Assembly (NCBI GenBank): GCA_047967505.1
Contig: CM106538.1
Length of the DNA stretch: 64,000 nucleotides
Reading direction: 5' to 3' (one strand)
From: Dipteris shenzhenensis
Taxonomy: Eukaryota
In this document: one piece after another, positions 27,701 through 39,094 of the stretch
Numbering within the stretch: position 1 is the first letter of the stretch
Layout of the letters: each line of letters begins with the position of its first letter
The notes under the pieces: model-generated
What the model was told of the DNA's origin: nothing
The model's database searches: none
Seen by the model: only the letters and a program-made list of their open reading frames with translations
Made by a program: the position numbers and the translations under genes

Positions 27701-29517
27701 AGCAGCTCGTTGATGAAGCTAGAGCAGGAGCTGGAGCCGTTGGAGTTGTTCAGAGCTGTTGATTGCACTGGGAGCTTGGCTCATTGGCACGTTTCGCCTC
27801 TATCACAGGAGCCACTAGAGATGCTTTGGTCATCGTCTGCTGCTTTTGCTGGCCTTGGGCTGCGCCTTAGGAGCTTGCTTCGTTGTTGGCTGCCTCATTG
27901 GTGTTGCGTGTTGCGCAGCTGTGGTCATCACTTGCTGTAGTTGCACTGGAGGAGGTTTGTCGTCGATGGAGGTGGTCATCTGGTTCTGCTAGGCCAAGAG
28001 TTGTCTGCTGCAACCTAGAGCTTGCTTTCCGTCGAGAGTCTACTATAATCGTCTGCTGTAGTCTAGAATCATTTGGAGACGATTGCTTTTCAAAGGCTGT
28101 AGCATGGGCACCTTGGATTGTGGGTGTTGCACTAGTCTAGAGCTTACAGGACGTCATGAGTCGAGAGAGCTAAGGAGCTTTGAAGGTTGGAGCTATGGCA
28201 GCTGTGTTGGTGCTTAACGCAGAAGTTGTCATTGAGGAGACACCGCCTTAGTGCTGGAGTGCAGCCTACGATGGCCTCTGTTGGCTTGTAGATAGGAGAA
28301 ACTATGGTGCTTTCCCTCTCCCTCAAAGAACCTCACTCATGAATTTCTCACAAGAAGAATCGAAATGAGCCGAAACCTATGGACGGAATTTTCTCACAAA
28401 GATCACTCAAGAAAAAACTCACTCTAAAACTGAAATTAACCTAGGAGAACTCATGAGTTCCTAAGGCATGCCTACAACTAATCTAGGAGACTAGACCTAA
28501 GCTCTGATACCATGACAAAACATGTGTGCCTCATGATCTATGGAGCACTCTAAGGTGGATGGAACCTATGTGGACACATGTTTAAGAGAGTGCTCATGAC
28601 ATGTACCTCAAGTCAATTAGGTTCCAAGATAGATTAGCTTGGACTCATAAAGAGAATCTTGAGATAGTGCAAAGTGCTTGATTGATATTACTTCAAATGA
28701 ACATCCCTTTTAAAGGTGAGGGTACTTACATCCATATGCTTGCTCACATGTGGGATATCTCCTCCATGCCATGTGACAGCTTGCCCTTTACTCATACCTT
28801 TGCTCTACATGTGCTCATGGCACCACAACTCTCAACAGGGCAGAACTCATCCATGACGAAGGCTAGCACTAAAGGAAAAGGCTAATCAAAAAGTAGTCCA
28901 AAACCTCTTCATTCAAGCTGCTTATGAAGTCTAAATGATTTCATTTTAGTCTCTCCCAAACGAGCATCTAAATCTAGCTCATAGGGCAACGCACCATTTA
29001 AGATAGAAAGAATTATTGCAATACCAGCAGGCCGCAACTTGGACGAAAACTTCACAACGTGAAATTCGTTGTCCGCTAATACTTACGACAAAAGCATATA
29101 CCTAGATGAATCCAGGAACATTTCCAAACTCATCCTCTTAAAACACAACATAGTACAGTTTCAATCTCACGATAGTCACTCATAAGATTAAAAACCATAA
29201 ACTTCATCACACATAGCATGGAATAGCTACTATGACATCCCCACTAACGTCATCAGCGCCCAACAGTGGGTGTAGACCATAGTATAAAAATATGCTCACA
29301 CATACAAATCCACACACCCACACATACTTGAGCATCCATTTATACAAAGTCTTCGTACCGAGTTTTTGTCGGCACTCCAGAGGTGAAGGGCAGACTCAGC
29401 CATGACGAGGGCTAGCACTAAAGGAGAAGGCTAATCAAAAAGTAGTCCAAAATCTCTTCATTCAAGCTACAACTGCTTGTGAAGTCTAAACGATTTCATT
29501 TTAGTCTCTCCCAAACA
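24707..29517. repeat. tandem array of unclassified ~555-bp non-coding unit (units at 24707, 25239, 25794, partial 28838-29097, 29098), interrupted by an LTR element
   Basis: Head-to-tail copies with CTAG anchors at 24711, 25243, 25798 and 29102; flanked by AGTAT (24702-24706, 29518-29522). Confidence 0.93.
26164..28837 (-). mobile_element. non-autonomous LTR retrotransposon (LARD-like)
   Basis: 5' LTR 28513-28837 (TG..CA on minus), PBS rc GCTCTGATACCA 28501-28512, PPT rc CCTCCCCTT at 26436, 3' LTR 26164-26435 lacking its last ~35 bp; no intact internal ORF. Confidence 0.88.
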
Positions 29518-30299
29518 AGTATTATTATCTCTCTCCCTAGCCTACCCTCTCTCTCTCCCTCTCCACCATGCACCTTCACTTTGCCCTAGGTAGTCCCCCT
29601 AAAATGATTGCATTCGAGTTTTTAAAAATGGGTGTGAGCCTTTGTTCTATAAGAGACTTGAAATCTCCATTGGAGTCACGGGGGTCACTTGGTAAATTGG
29701 TCTCCATTGTCCGTTGCAAGCTGACTAAGGCGATAGCTGTGGCACAGGAGATGTGCATAGTAAGACCCCCTCTTTGTAGTATAGCAATGGAGTTGGAGAT
29801 CGGTCACCTTTTGCCAACGGTCTCACCACCATCACCACGAGGGATGTTGTGTTGGAGTATATCAAAGCTTGCTAGTGAGAACTGGGTTCTAGTTTGGTTC
29901 TAGTTTGAGTGTTAGTTTGAATGCCAATGTGAAACGTTTGGCTTTCTCCTTTTGTATGTTTGAAGGGTCACTTGACCTTTGGGGCTAGATTATATTAGAA
30001 ATGATTTGATTTTGTTTCTGTGACATAAGAGATGATGTATGAAAGACAAGGCTCCTCTGCCTGTAAATGAGGCCATTGTACTTCCTATCTCAATCAATCA
30101 AGGTCAGCTGCCTCCATTATTGTCTCTATCTTGTAGCCCCCCCTCATTCCAACATCTAGCTCTAGACTCATCTCGATGTAAGAGATCCATGCATTGATTT
30201 AAGTAATATTGTAACTCCTCTACTAACACACACTTAAGTCTAATTTCTAACAATCTCCACCTCAAGCCCACTACCACATTCTTTCAGTGGGGATCAGTG

Positions 30300-30835
30300 G
30301 CTTGGCTCTCCCTGTCATGGCCTCAAATCTTCTATGAGTGGCAAGGTGCTCCTTAGGCCATATCAATTCGACGTCACCTAGTCGAGACTTGCTCTCTGGA
30401 GGATGTGCCTATCTCCCGCTATAGACCAATACATGCTGATGGGGATACCGCTTCAGAGATACTGGCTAGCATCACTCCTTGGCAGAATTGGAGGGCTAGA
30501 TGCACAGAGGCCTTAGACGGATCTCAGGTCCATCCCCCACACACTGATGGCCAGTTGAGCGAGCATACAGGGTTCTTCCTAGGCAGCCTCAACCAAGAGG
30601 GTTATATTCCTTAGGGAATGGAGGGGTACCCCCTTTTTCTTAGTGACTATAGCAGGGTTAAGGTAGCACTTTCAGCCTCAACCTTGGTTTCTTTGCAGCT
30701 CATTTTGAGTTTTGTGTTCCCTATTTTAGGGGGGTTTCCTCAGGCACAGCATAATGTATTTCCGCTTCGAGCTTGCTCACGCGGGTATTTTTCATACTTA
30801 ATAGAAGTCTTTTCCATGAAAAAAAAAAAAAAAAG
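30300..30835 (+). mobile_element. LINE 3' end with poly(A)
   Basis: 'ttttcatacttaatagaagtcttttccatg' followed by A17; homologous to 46900-47137. Confidence 0.65.
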
Positions 30836-32489
30836 AATGTTGATAGTGCAATTTTTAGCAAATTTTGACCAATAATGAAGAGGAGAGCAGCCATCGGGAA
30901 TGCTACCACGAAAAGAAATTTCTCAATAAAAGACAAAGTATTGGCTGCCTCAAATCAACATTGTAGTGGAGATGCCCATCAAGAAAGTTGATTACCATGA
31001 TACACCTCAAAATAAGTGCTCAATAACTAGAGAGTGAGATTCATTCCCACACTACAAATGTATCTAGCGCATTGTTATAGACGGCATGTTAGCCAGGAGC
31101 GAGGTTGTAGACAGGAAAAGGTGGCCCTTCTTTTACAATTTAATGTCACCCAACACAAATACTAATAAATGTAGAAATTGAGGCTAAATCTCAGAGGAGG
31201 CCACATCTAATGAAGGACGGATTGAGGATGCCAAGCACAATTAATACCCCCGCACCTACCTACTGTCCCAGCTAATACTCCTCCATCATGCAAAACTTTC
31301 CGGGGCTGCAAAATTAGGACTGACATCTCCAACCCAAGGGGGTAGTCATTTGGAACATCAAGTTCTAGGGCCCCAACCTCCCGGCCTCGCATGGGAGGGG
31401 CTGCCTTAGGCGACGCTTCAATCCCAAAGAAATCCCAAAGACGAAGAGAGAACTTGGGGAGTCACCCTGAACTTGAGAAGAGACAAGCTGGACTGTCGTG
31501 ATGAAGCCACACTCTAGCCAGAGGTTCTAGGTAAGGGAGGGCGCTGTGAGATAGAAGAAGCAGGGCAAGGGGAGGGGAAAGACGAACCTATGAAGGATGG
31601 AGAGTGTAAGAAAGATGGCATCACGAGAGGGCGGGTGGTGAGGGTGATCAACAGGCTGCATTGCTGACACATTGAGGGTGGTGAAGGGAGGGGAAGGGTG
31701 TGAGGGGGAGAGAGAAGACATGGAGGAAGATGGAGATGGATGGGCCAATACTCCTTTTAAAGCTTTGAGAAACAAAGCGTCACTGAGAACCATTGCACAT
31801 GATGTGTCATATTCATATCATCAATCAAAAACCGTGAGCAAATGATGCTTCTCTGTATGCACAAAACTGAGAATGAATGCCACCGTGGGCTAGGTTACAT
31901 GGAGCTACTATGGTTCCCTTTGATGGCCTTCTCGCTTTTAGCCCTCTCGATGTCACGGTGTGCTTCTATACGTAGCTTGAACGATTTGAGTCAAAGTCTC
32001 TGCTTGAACCCTCTTGGCATCACGGTTTACTCCTCAAACATCTAAGCAAATGCATTGATCAACATCAACTGTGTCCCTTCCACTACTTTGATATGCCCTT
32101 GATCTTTGCTCTATCCTTTGCTTTGCTGTGCCACATAGACTTTTGCTATGTATTTTCCTCTTATTTTCAAGATGAAGGACAGGTTGTAGCCGCTGAGAGC
32201 TGCATTGAACTTGGTTGCAATACGACTATAGGATGATGAAACCAACACCAAATTGTGCAACAATAGAACTAGCCGATTGTGGGCTTCAATGAGCAGGCGG
32301 GGTTACTTTGGGTGTTCAAAACAGTAAACAAATGCCAATATGGGCTAGATTGGCCAAAGCTACTCCGGCTCCTTTGATGAAGTTTTTGCTTGAGCCTTCC
32401 TGGCATCACGGTGTACTACTTGACTACTAGAGCCATGGCATTGAATGAATTGGCCTACATCTCTTTGTGATTCTCTTCATTCCACGGAT

Positions 32490-33469
32490 TAATTCATCCT
32501 GGATAAACCCTTTTGCCACGTATTCTGCCTTCTCCTGATGAGATGCAAGTCCGCATGGACCTTAATACGGGTGCCTGCAGGTGTCAAAACGAAGCTATGG
32601 CAGAGGTTCCAGGGCAGGAGAATAGCCAGAACATAGGTGGAACGTCTAGAGCAGAAAGGCGACTGACTGGAGCAGGTTTTGGTCCAGGTTTGGGCCTGGG
32701 CATGTGGGTCTGAACCCACAGACCAGCAGGTCGGCCCCACAAACTGAGGAGTCAGCCTGTTTGGGTCAATTATTTCAGGGGCCCTTTGGCCTATAAAAGG
32801 AGATCCCTGGGGTCTCATTTCGCATCCATTGGGAGATCCAGTTTTGGAGCAGGTTGGAGCCGCAGAAAGCCTGCCTCAAGGACCAGTTCAGGAGCAAGGG
32901 AGGTGGCTGATTCCAGAAGACAAAGAGCTCACAAAGTCTTCATCACTTGGCTGTCTATCAGGGCAGCAAGGAGGAAGGATCAAAGGGCGAGCTTGTGCCT
33001 CACTGTTGGCCGCGTTTCGGAGCAGCAAGGAGGTCAAGCACTGCCTTAACTTGTGGCTGTCAGGGAGGGTCAGCTTGAAGGTGTGTTTGTGGGACACTTC
33101 GATGAGGCCCACCTAAGCTCATCGGGAGTAAGCAGGCCAAGTGTTTTGGGAGTGCCACGAAGGTAGGAGAACAACTGTTGTTTATGTACAGGTGTCCACA
33201 TCTAAATAGCACACTGCTATTAGAGGAAGAGACAATGGACATTCATTTTTTTGTATTGTGTCCATTTTGGACGGAAATATAAGTTTTGTTGGTTCTACAT
33301 CTCTTCGGTGCATTCTCCATTTACTCGCTGCACATATAAGCTAAAGCTAAGCACACACTAACAAAAGAAGGTTTGGATTCCAATATATACCACTGCGTGA
33401 GAATTGGGCTACATAACCCTTACCCCTGGGTTTAGGGAAACTCTTCCGCTGCATTGTTTTGCTCTAACA
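32490..33469 (+). mobile_element. partial LTR (family of 47238-48411)
   Basis: TATA 'ctataaaag', shared 'gcccaccta.gct' and 'tattgtgtcc...ggacggaaatataa', ends 'ctaaca'. Confidence 0.7.
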
Positions 33470-34253
33470 TCCAGGCCCCTGAAAAATCCCTTGCACTCAC
33501 AGGATGGGGGATCTTTGGAGCTGCCTTTGAGCTCACGTTTGCTCAGTTTTTGGTGTTTGTGCATGTCTTGTGCTTGAATTGCCTCAAATCACTAGTTTGC
33601 AATTGCCATTTTTCTGCCAATAGTTATGCTCCAGCATTTTGACAGCAGAGATCTGCTTTTTAGATCCTACTCATTGATTGCTTGCCAAACATAGAAGGGA
33701 CTTTTTATTTGTCTCACTATTAACAGATGATGTTGCTAATAGTTGCCGTGGTCTTGGGATAAACTCCACGAGACCTGACTTCTCGGTCTTTGCTAGCAAA
33801 ATCACCCAATACCATCTCTTCTATTTATAACCAGTCTTATGACAGCTTGCAGGAGAGGATCCTCCAAGCAGAAAACTTCATGGTTGATTGCAGAACTGGC
33901 CATGCTTTACAGTCAGCACCATTTTTTGCAAAAGAGGCACATTGATTGATGAAAAATGCTGCCCCCATTCCACATCTTTCAAGAAACAGAGGAGAATGTC
34001 CTTTACTCAGATGGAATTATCAATGTAAAGCCAGCAGTTTGTCTATGTAAGAGACTTAAAGAGGATCAACATCATGGAAGAACTGCAAGGGCCTAATTTA
34101 TAGATTAGGAAATATTCATCAATTGTTTGAGGTGTCAAATGACATCCTTGAGTGTTCTATTAAGGTAAGTAGATTTTCATCATGGATCAATTACTAAACA
34201 GTTAGGTTTTCAAACAAAAAGCAAATAGAAGAATGTGTATGTCAATTGCTCAC

Positions 34254-34368
34254 GAATGCAAATATGCGTTCTGCTGAAAGCATGGGAAGAATTTGTGGGG
34301 GCATCCTATTAGTCCGTGCATGTCCCCCAGTTGCAGGGCTGAGTTTTTCCACTGGATGATCACACGAC
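34254..34368 (-). CDS. internal exon (MSCDHPVEKLSPATGG...AERIFAF)
   Basis: atgcag|G acceptor (phase 2), TTC|GTGAGC donor (phase 0). Confidence 0.88.
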
Positions 34369-34570
34369 CTGCATAATTTGCAAGAAGAAAAATTCAATTC
34401 CATTCTCAAAAGATTCAACATTTGTATCTTTCTTGCAGGAAAGAATTGAAGGCAAAATGAGATGTCCAGAAAGAAATACTTTTCAATCCGAATTCAGTCA
34501 AACCAATATTACTTGAAAAGAAGTGATCCGGATTGAAGCAAAAAGGATAGAAAATGCTTATGTTTCTTAC

Positions 34571-34656
34571 ATGCATTTGAATCCATACAAAGGCTTTCCA
34601 GTAAACAATACATTTTCAGGCCTCTCAAGTTGTTCTTTCACATAGCGAGCCAATTT
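34571..34656 (-). CDS. internal exon (KLARYVKEQLERPENVLFTGKPLYGFKC)
   Basis: tttttgcag|AAA acceptor, AT|GTAAGA donor; phase 2 matches the next exon. Confidence 0.88.
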
Positions 34657-35003
34657 CTGCAAAAATGAATATAGCAGCTTTTCAACACCAAGGTGACACA
34701 TTCTTACTTTGTAAATCAGGAAGTTGATGTTGTTAGTACAGGGTTAGCTGCATCCTTGGAAATTTGGAACTCTTAAAATATGCAGAATCATATCAATAAC
34801 TTTCAGGCATTGCAATATGTAGACATGAGATTCACAAGGTATGCACTGAGTCACAACTGCGGGTCAAGCTTGTCTCAGTCATTGCAATATGGATTCACAT
34901 AAATTTGCACATGGATTGTGCCCTCTCATTGCATTGGTAGGAAATGATCTCATGTAGAAAGGTAAAATTCAAAAGATAAAACAACAAATGCACTCCGTCA
35001 TAC

Positions 35004-35168
35004 CTGTAGGTCAAGCTTGTCAGCTTTTGATGCCAATCCATCCTTCAGTGCAGGTACAGTTGCATCAAGATTTTGGAGCTTCGAAATAATGTTTAAAAGA
35101 TCATCAGACATCCTTGAGGTGGTTTTAATATTCTCCTTAGGCTCAAACTTGTTCATCTTCAAGGCTTC
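35004..35168 (-). CDS. internal exon (EALKMNKF...LASKADKLDLQ)
   Basis: cctcag|GAA acceptor, CAG|GTATGA donor, 55 codons. Confidence 0.85.
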
Positions 35169-35293
35169 CTGAGGTATAATATCGGGTTATAAACTGCAAT
35201 ATGATTATGATGGATTGCTCTCCTCTTTAACTCACCACTTCCTTTCATTCTCTAGATAGCAATAATTAGGTGCAAGCTGTGAAATGAACTTAC

Positions 35294-35659
35294 ATCGATT
35301 GCTTGGACAACAGCAGTATCATCCAACTGAGTCATCGTTCCTACTACAGCACGACTTTGTAAACTGTCATTTGTCTGGAGAGAGACTTCAGACACTGCTT
35401 TTGGCACTACATCATCCACTCTATCCCTGGTCCTCAAGTCTTTACTGTCATCTAACACTTCTGTTGGTATACTATCCCATACAGTTTTTGAATAATGTTC
35501 AACATCAGTAGACATATCTGACATCTTTGGCGCATTTTTAGGACCCCCAAGGATTTTGGATACCTTTTCAATAGCATCAATATTTTCAGAAAACTTTTTT
35601 TCATTATGCCCTGACATTATAAGAATACTCTTGCCAAGGAGGCCAAAGTCATTTTGCAC
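35294..35659 (-). CDS. internal exon (VQNDFGLLG...VVQAID)
   Basis: ctgcag|GTG acceptor, GAT|GTAAGT donor, 122 open codons. Confidence 0.85.
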
Positions 35660-35865
35660 CTGCAGCAGTATCCGTATTCATCATCAGCTCCACTTCTTAA
35701 AAAAGACCATTACGATTGAACAATGTAGGAAAGTTATGATACTTGAAGTTCACATTTCTATCATTTAAAAACAAAGCAGGCTTTGACTTTGAAAATCATG
35801 ATGGATTAAGCGCAGAGACAGCTAAAGCCCTACATCAGAATAGGCAAACTTTTTTCCTCAGTTAC

Positions 35866-35982
35866 CTTTGCAAACACTTTATTGTGATTTTCAATGGCTT
35901 CTTTCACATCCTTGGTCAACTCTTCCACCAGCTTAGGGCTCAATTCTTCCATGATTGCCGGTTTCGCATCTGGTACAAACAC
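35866..35982 (-). CDS. internal exon (VFVPDAKP...NKVFAK)
   Basis: ttgcag|GTG acceptor, AAG|GTAACT donor, 39 codons. Confidence 0.82.
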
Positions 35983-36499
35983 CTGCAATTTTGGTAAGCT
36001 ATATATATCAGCAAAATTGAATCTGATAAGACATTGGATGGCTAATAGTTTTTCCCCCACCAAAAAGAGAGAATTCTATTGAATATAATTAGAAAATATA
36101 AAGAAACCAGGAGTACTTCCTGTGAACATCAACATTCCATATGATAACTATATACAATCAGAAAGAATGAGATTGGTGCAGCTAGTCAAGGCTTTAAAAA
36201 TGCAACGAAGGGGATTGTGAGTGTGTGTGAGAAGTACCACCCATGGTCCCACTTTGCTCATAAAGAAAGTCTCCTAGTTCAGGAAGATAAGAGTGTCAAT
36301 AATGTCATGCCAGATGATGCAAATAGACTAAGAGTGTAGGTATGAGCACCCACTATGGCCTTTACGGCCTCTCTACATCTAGAATGTGAAACTTGACTTG
36401 CTGTGAGACTGGCAATAATCTTGCATGCCAAGTTCATGGAGGTATAGTGAGTTCTGAAGGTGGAAAGTGGGTCCAAATTCAGGAAAATAAAGGGGAAGG

Positions 36500-37950
36500 G
36501 GAAGGGGGGTCTCCTTGAATCAAGAGCACCCTGTCTGAGTTTGCTAATGTGATCTAAATGTGTGAGCTAGGCAATGGGCATATGCATCAATAATATCTCA
36601 TCCAAGAGAGCATAACACTATCAATGCATCACTTGCAATGTGTCAAAGCTGTCCCTCAGCATAATATAGCATCCATGTGCAAAGCATCCACAAAAATAGC
36701 ATTCCATAAGGCAATCTAGGCCTATCAGCACATCCAATAAGGATCGCAATGCATCCAAATGGCCTATAAATCATCCACTGCAACCCAATGCACACCACAA
36801 ATGAATGCACATGGCTCAAACCACAACCAGAGTGATCTGCATAAGGTATGCTCAAGAAATCATGGTTCTACGGAAAAGACCGCTACTGAAAATAGAACCT
36901 GAGATGCCTCAAAACATGGGTGCCATTGCAATATCGGACTCAACAAGAAAATCTGCAAATATCTCTCTTTTGCCGAAACTCCAAAATCCCAACCGATGAG
37001 TGAGAAATGGGAGTCAACACTTATCCACTGCCATGTGGCATAAATCTAAGGTTTCAAAACCTTAGAATGAAAAATGCATCATAGAGAGACGAAATGGAAT
37101 ACACAGAGATCTATAACTCTGAAAATACTCCACTGAATCACGCAAGAACTGACAAGTAGGGGTTTTTGGGCGTCCGAAACGCAATGGGACAGACGGCTTT
37201 GGAAACCATGGTCTCAATCACTGGGTCCAACACACAGACTGAAAAACGTTTTTGAAAACAGAGCTATTTGTAAACTCCACTAGAGTGCGAATGATGAGCA
37301 ACATAGAAGTTTTAGGACCTCCTAAGTCCACCGGAACTGACAGATCTGCAAATGGTTGCTCCAAACTTGAGTTCCAACACCCGGGCAGAAAAACGTAAGA
37401 ACTGACACAGTGAGTCAGAAATCCAATGAAATGATCCCAGATTCAAGAATGAAGATGTTTCCAAGCTCCTGAAGTGAAGTGGACACCAAAAACAAGCAAT
37501 AGTTGCCTCTATAAGTCAATACGGAGTCTCTGTCATCGAACGGAACAAAGAAAAGCTTAAAAAACGACTTTTTCTTTGAAAACACTTAACAAGCTCTCAA
37601 AACCACTTTGCAAAGCCAAAGTGATTTTTCCAAAGGTTCCTCCAAGGTCTTTGCACACTCGGATGCAAGTAAAGTCACCCACAAAGCTTCCCACAAAGCT
37701 TCTCCTTCCTCCCACAGAGCTGCTGAGCTTCCAAGGCATTCATGCATGCTCAGCTAGATCACCCGAGCTCTGATACCAGTGGAGAGTGCTCTCAACGGAA
37801 GCAAGAACGGAAGAGGGAGAGAGAGAAACAAAGAGCCACACAAGTTTTCGTGGGTGCAGAACCACCCTAATCTTCTTTTTCATTCATTTATATATGTGTT
37901 TGAGTATTGTACATAACTAGGATAAAGGCACAGTGACCTTTAACCCCCAC
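36500..37950 (-). mobile_element. non-autonomous LTR element fragment
   Basis: PBS rc GAGCTCTGATACCA at 37765-37778 next to LTR-like sequence; non-coding interior; boundaries approximate. Confidence 0.55.
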
Positions 37951-39094
37951 AAGAATTTTATCATGATTTTGGGTTGCGAAAGTAGTTGACGTGAGCATGG
38001 ATGACCGGGGGAGAGCTACAACATTTACAGCAGTATGGTATGAGCCAAGGGGTAGGAAGGAGAACCAAGATAACAGTACATTGTATAGTAGTTGTCTGAA
38101 AAAGGAATGGGTCCCAAACCATGATGCAATTTCAAGACTTTCCACAGAGACAGTCATAGTATCCTAGAAATCAAGGTCAAAGAAAACAAAGAAGCACATG
38201 GGATATGATCTAAAAGACAAAATAAAATTATTGCAACCAATTATTTTGCACATTACATAGTTTATAAAGATGCTCGCCCAAGAGGAAGTAGAAGGAGATA
38301 GCGCAAATGAAGAATGCCCATGATAACACCATTCAAATATCGAGAAAGAGTGAAGGTGGTGGTGATAGTCAGATGAGAGTGAATGAAGATGGCACCCAAG
38401 TGACAAGTCATGACAGAATGGACATTCTGAACAAGCAAATGTTTGGATCGCTCATTTTTGTGATCATGATAGAAAAGGACATTCAAACAAGAAAATGTTT
38501 GGAATGCCCATTTGCACTAAACTCATTGTAAAGGAAAATTTAAATTATTGAAAAGGCCACAGGAGATCCTTTGTACAAAGACTTATCCAGAGCAATATTT
38601 GTTGTAAAACTTATGATATAGTAATGTAAAATTGCAAGCCTAGCTATTGCTATTTTTAGGAGTATAAAAGAGGCTTCCATCATGTCTCATGTCTATATAA
38701 ACCTTTTAATTTCTTGAATATTCAAGTGTGTTATAGTTTTCTACATTGAAAGTAAAAAGAGTCTTGGAGGTCTCTTATGTATACATTTTTAAAATGTTGT
38801 GAATCCTCAATAGCATGGTTTTTGATGGATTTAAACTAATAACTCGGATTTTTTAATTTAATAATATGATTCTTATAAACAAGAAATACAAATTGAGGAT
38901 TTAATAGTAGTTTTTGCATTATTTATACAACATTGTAGAGAGATATTTTGAAATGTATTATGTGAAAATGACAGTGCCAGAAAGTAAACTTTTGATTCTC
39001 GAATGACATTTTCATAAAGTAAACTTTTCATTTGGGAAGGATTTTAAGGAATAGTCTAAAAGTAGACATATGAGTCCAAAATTAATGAAATAAG

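Larger units (their letters stand above)
24432..29580 (+). mobile_element. LTR (family also at 43750-44436 and 62196-62510) split by the 555-bp array into 24432-24706 and 29518-29580
   Basis: TGTTAAG start; shared 'caagcctacaagctctttggtctacatgtgagtactttc'; homology to the 44.1-kb copy resumes after the array (tctctctccctagcct). Confidence 0.8.

Noticed and set aside
24707-29517. Tandem TRIM/Cassandra array, 5S rDNA or canonical Helitron
   Set aside because: No TG..CA with PBS/PPT; only a short, out-of-order resemblance to 5S; junction is not CTRR|TC
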